Positions 62,766-64,000 of a DNA stretch of 64,000 bases are shown here, one piece after another. Made by a program: the position numbers and the translations under genes. The first letter of the stretch is position 1. The number at the start of each line of letters is the position of its first letter. This DNA comes from Azolla caroliniana (Eukaryota; Plantae; Polypodiophyta): the NCBI GenBank assembly GCA_043228905.1, contig JBHGNT010000002.1, positions 19,034,001 to 19,098,000 of the forward strand, written 5' to 3'. Under the pieces are notes generated by a model. That model saw nothing but the letters and a program-made list of their open reading frames with translations, did no database searches and was not told where the DNA came from.

Positions 62766-64000
62766 GGCAGGTGGACTCGATAGGGTTTAGCAACAGTGGT
62801 AGCAACTAACCCACGGTACTCAACTAGAGATGGCCTACGTGATGTGGCAAAGGATCATGCATAATGGACCTAGGAATTCGATATATAATTTATGGTACAC
62901 ATTTATGGTGCACACATCAATTTATGTTGCACATTTATGGCACTCATTTACATATGTAATTAAAACACTCTAGTATTTTCAATGGTAGTTTTTTGCATAC
63001 TTAATTTATTAATGATGGCTTTTTACTAAAATGACTATTTATCAATGGTAGCTTTTTGCATAGCTAATTAGCTATGTCAAGGACATAGCTAATTGTTTCC
63101 ACTCGCATGCTTTCACCCATTACGTTTAGGAGGTAACCCATCAGGTAGTTCACTTGGAAAAACATCATGAAAATCATTTAAGATTTCATCAAGTTGTTGT
63201 TGTTCAAAATATGTTAATTGAATCGGGACATTATCGATATTGTAAACGTGAATGTCCGGATCAAGTACACAATAAAATAACGTAGAACAAGACAACTTGG
63301 ATATTGATGGACACGAGGAAACAATCGAGAGGGATTGTTTTTTTACACATTGAATAAAATGCGTACAATCGTTCAGTACAAAAGAAATGGAATGATGAAC
63401 CCAATCAATAAATAAAGAAGAGTTTTTATTATAAAACCAGGGATAACCCAGTATTACATCGGTGGTACAAAGATTCATTACATGGAAGTCTACTTCCTAT
63501 ATATAAGTATCAATAGAAATTCCTAATGAATGAATCGCCCCGTTGATGTATTGTACTCTTCCATCAGCCAAGTGCACCGTGTAGGTGTGATCACTTACGG
63601 TGGGTTGGATTCCCCATATCTGAACCAAACGATCATTCACAAAATTGTGTGAGCTTCCCGAATCAAATAAAAATTGTACGGGAGATCCATTGATATACCC
63701 GTTTGCACGTAGTAAATCATTGGGACCCAATACATAGTGAGGGAAAGAACATTGACAATTACTTAAATGATGTGTATAGACCTGAAGGACATTAGGAATC
63801 TGACCTTTATGGTCTGCAGCTTTAGCTTTGTTGTCGTGCTCTTTCCGTTGGAGCTTTCAACATTGATCTTTTGTATGACCCTTCTTTTTGCAGAATACAC
63901 AAAAAGGATGTTGTCGCTTACAATCGCGATCCAGGAATTCGTTGGGTGTCTTGCGTTTCCCAACAAATTGCGACTGCTTAGTCCCGGGCGCTTCGTTGGG

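Larger units (their letters stand above)
50943..63118 (-). mobile_element. Large Sola2-like DNA transposon (12,176 bp) with cargo genes
   Basis: 25-bp TIRs GGGT(A/G)AAAGCATGCGAGTGGAAACA at 50943-50967 and 63094-63118 (one mismatch); 4-bp TSD ATTA (50939-50942 and 63119-63122); DDD transposase inside. Confidence 0.9.
47682..64000 (-). mobile_element. Gypsy chromovirus (3' LTR about 47682-48136; gag continues past the window end), interrupted by the DNA transposon at 50943-63118
   Basis: PPT complement TACTCCCCCTC after 48136; protease FLFDSGSSHNF at about 63500-63730; frame LPPKRN|IDHRIDI rejoins across the insertion. Confidence 0.93.

Noticed and set aside
50943-63118. CACTA, hAT, Mutator or piggyBac assignment
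   Set aside because: Termini are GGG...CCC with a 4-bp ATTA TSD, unlike CACTA (3 bp), hAT (8 bp), Mutator (9-11 bp) or piggyBac (TTAA/CCC); transposase motifs fit Sola2.

Overview
This is eukaryotic, land-plant-like DNA; the element mix suggests a non-seed plant such as a fern, but that is inference. Almost all of it is deeply nested transposons: several degenerate Copia and Gypsy/chromovirus LTR retrotransposons, solo LTRs and hAT-type MITEs. One clear host gene sits among them, a GIL1/IRKI (DUF641) family gene at 18995-20932. The standout is an apparently intact 12,176-bp cut-and-paste DNA transposon at 50943-63118. It has 25-bp TIRs, GGG...CCC ends and an ATTA target duplication whose removal restores the interrupted Gypsy pol frame. 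It encodes a spliced, about 863-aa Sola2-type DDD transposase plus cargo: a predicted 6-exon RING-H2 protein gene and an FCP1/HAD-like ORF. One intron in each spliced gene, and both termini, are filled with the palindrome TAGCTAATTAGCTA. Second, an LTR element without gag-pol (30343-42203) has inward-facing tRNA-Arg PBS-like motifs at both LTRs and no polypurine tract. All family assignments come from motif recognition by eye; no database searches were run.
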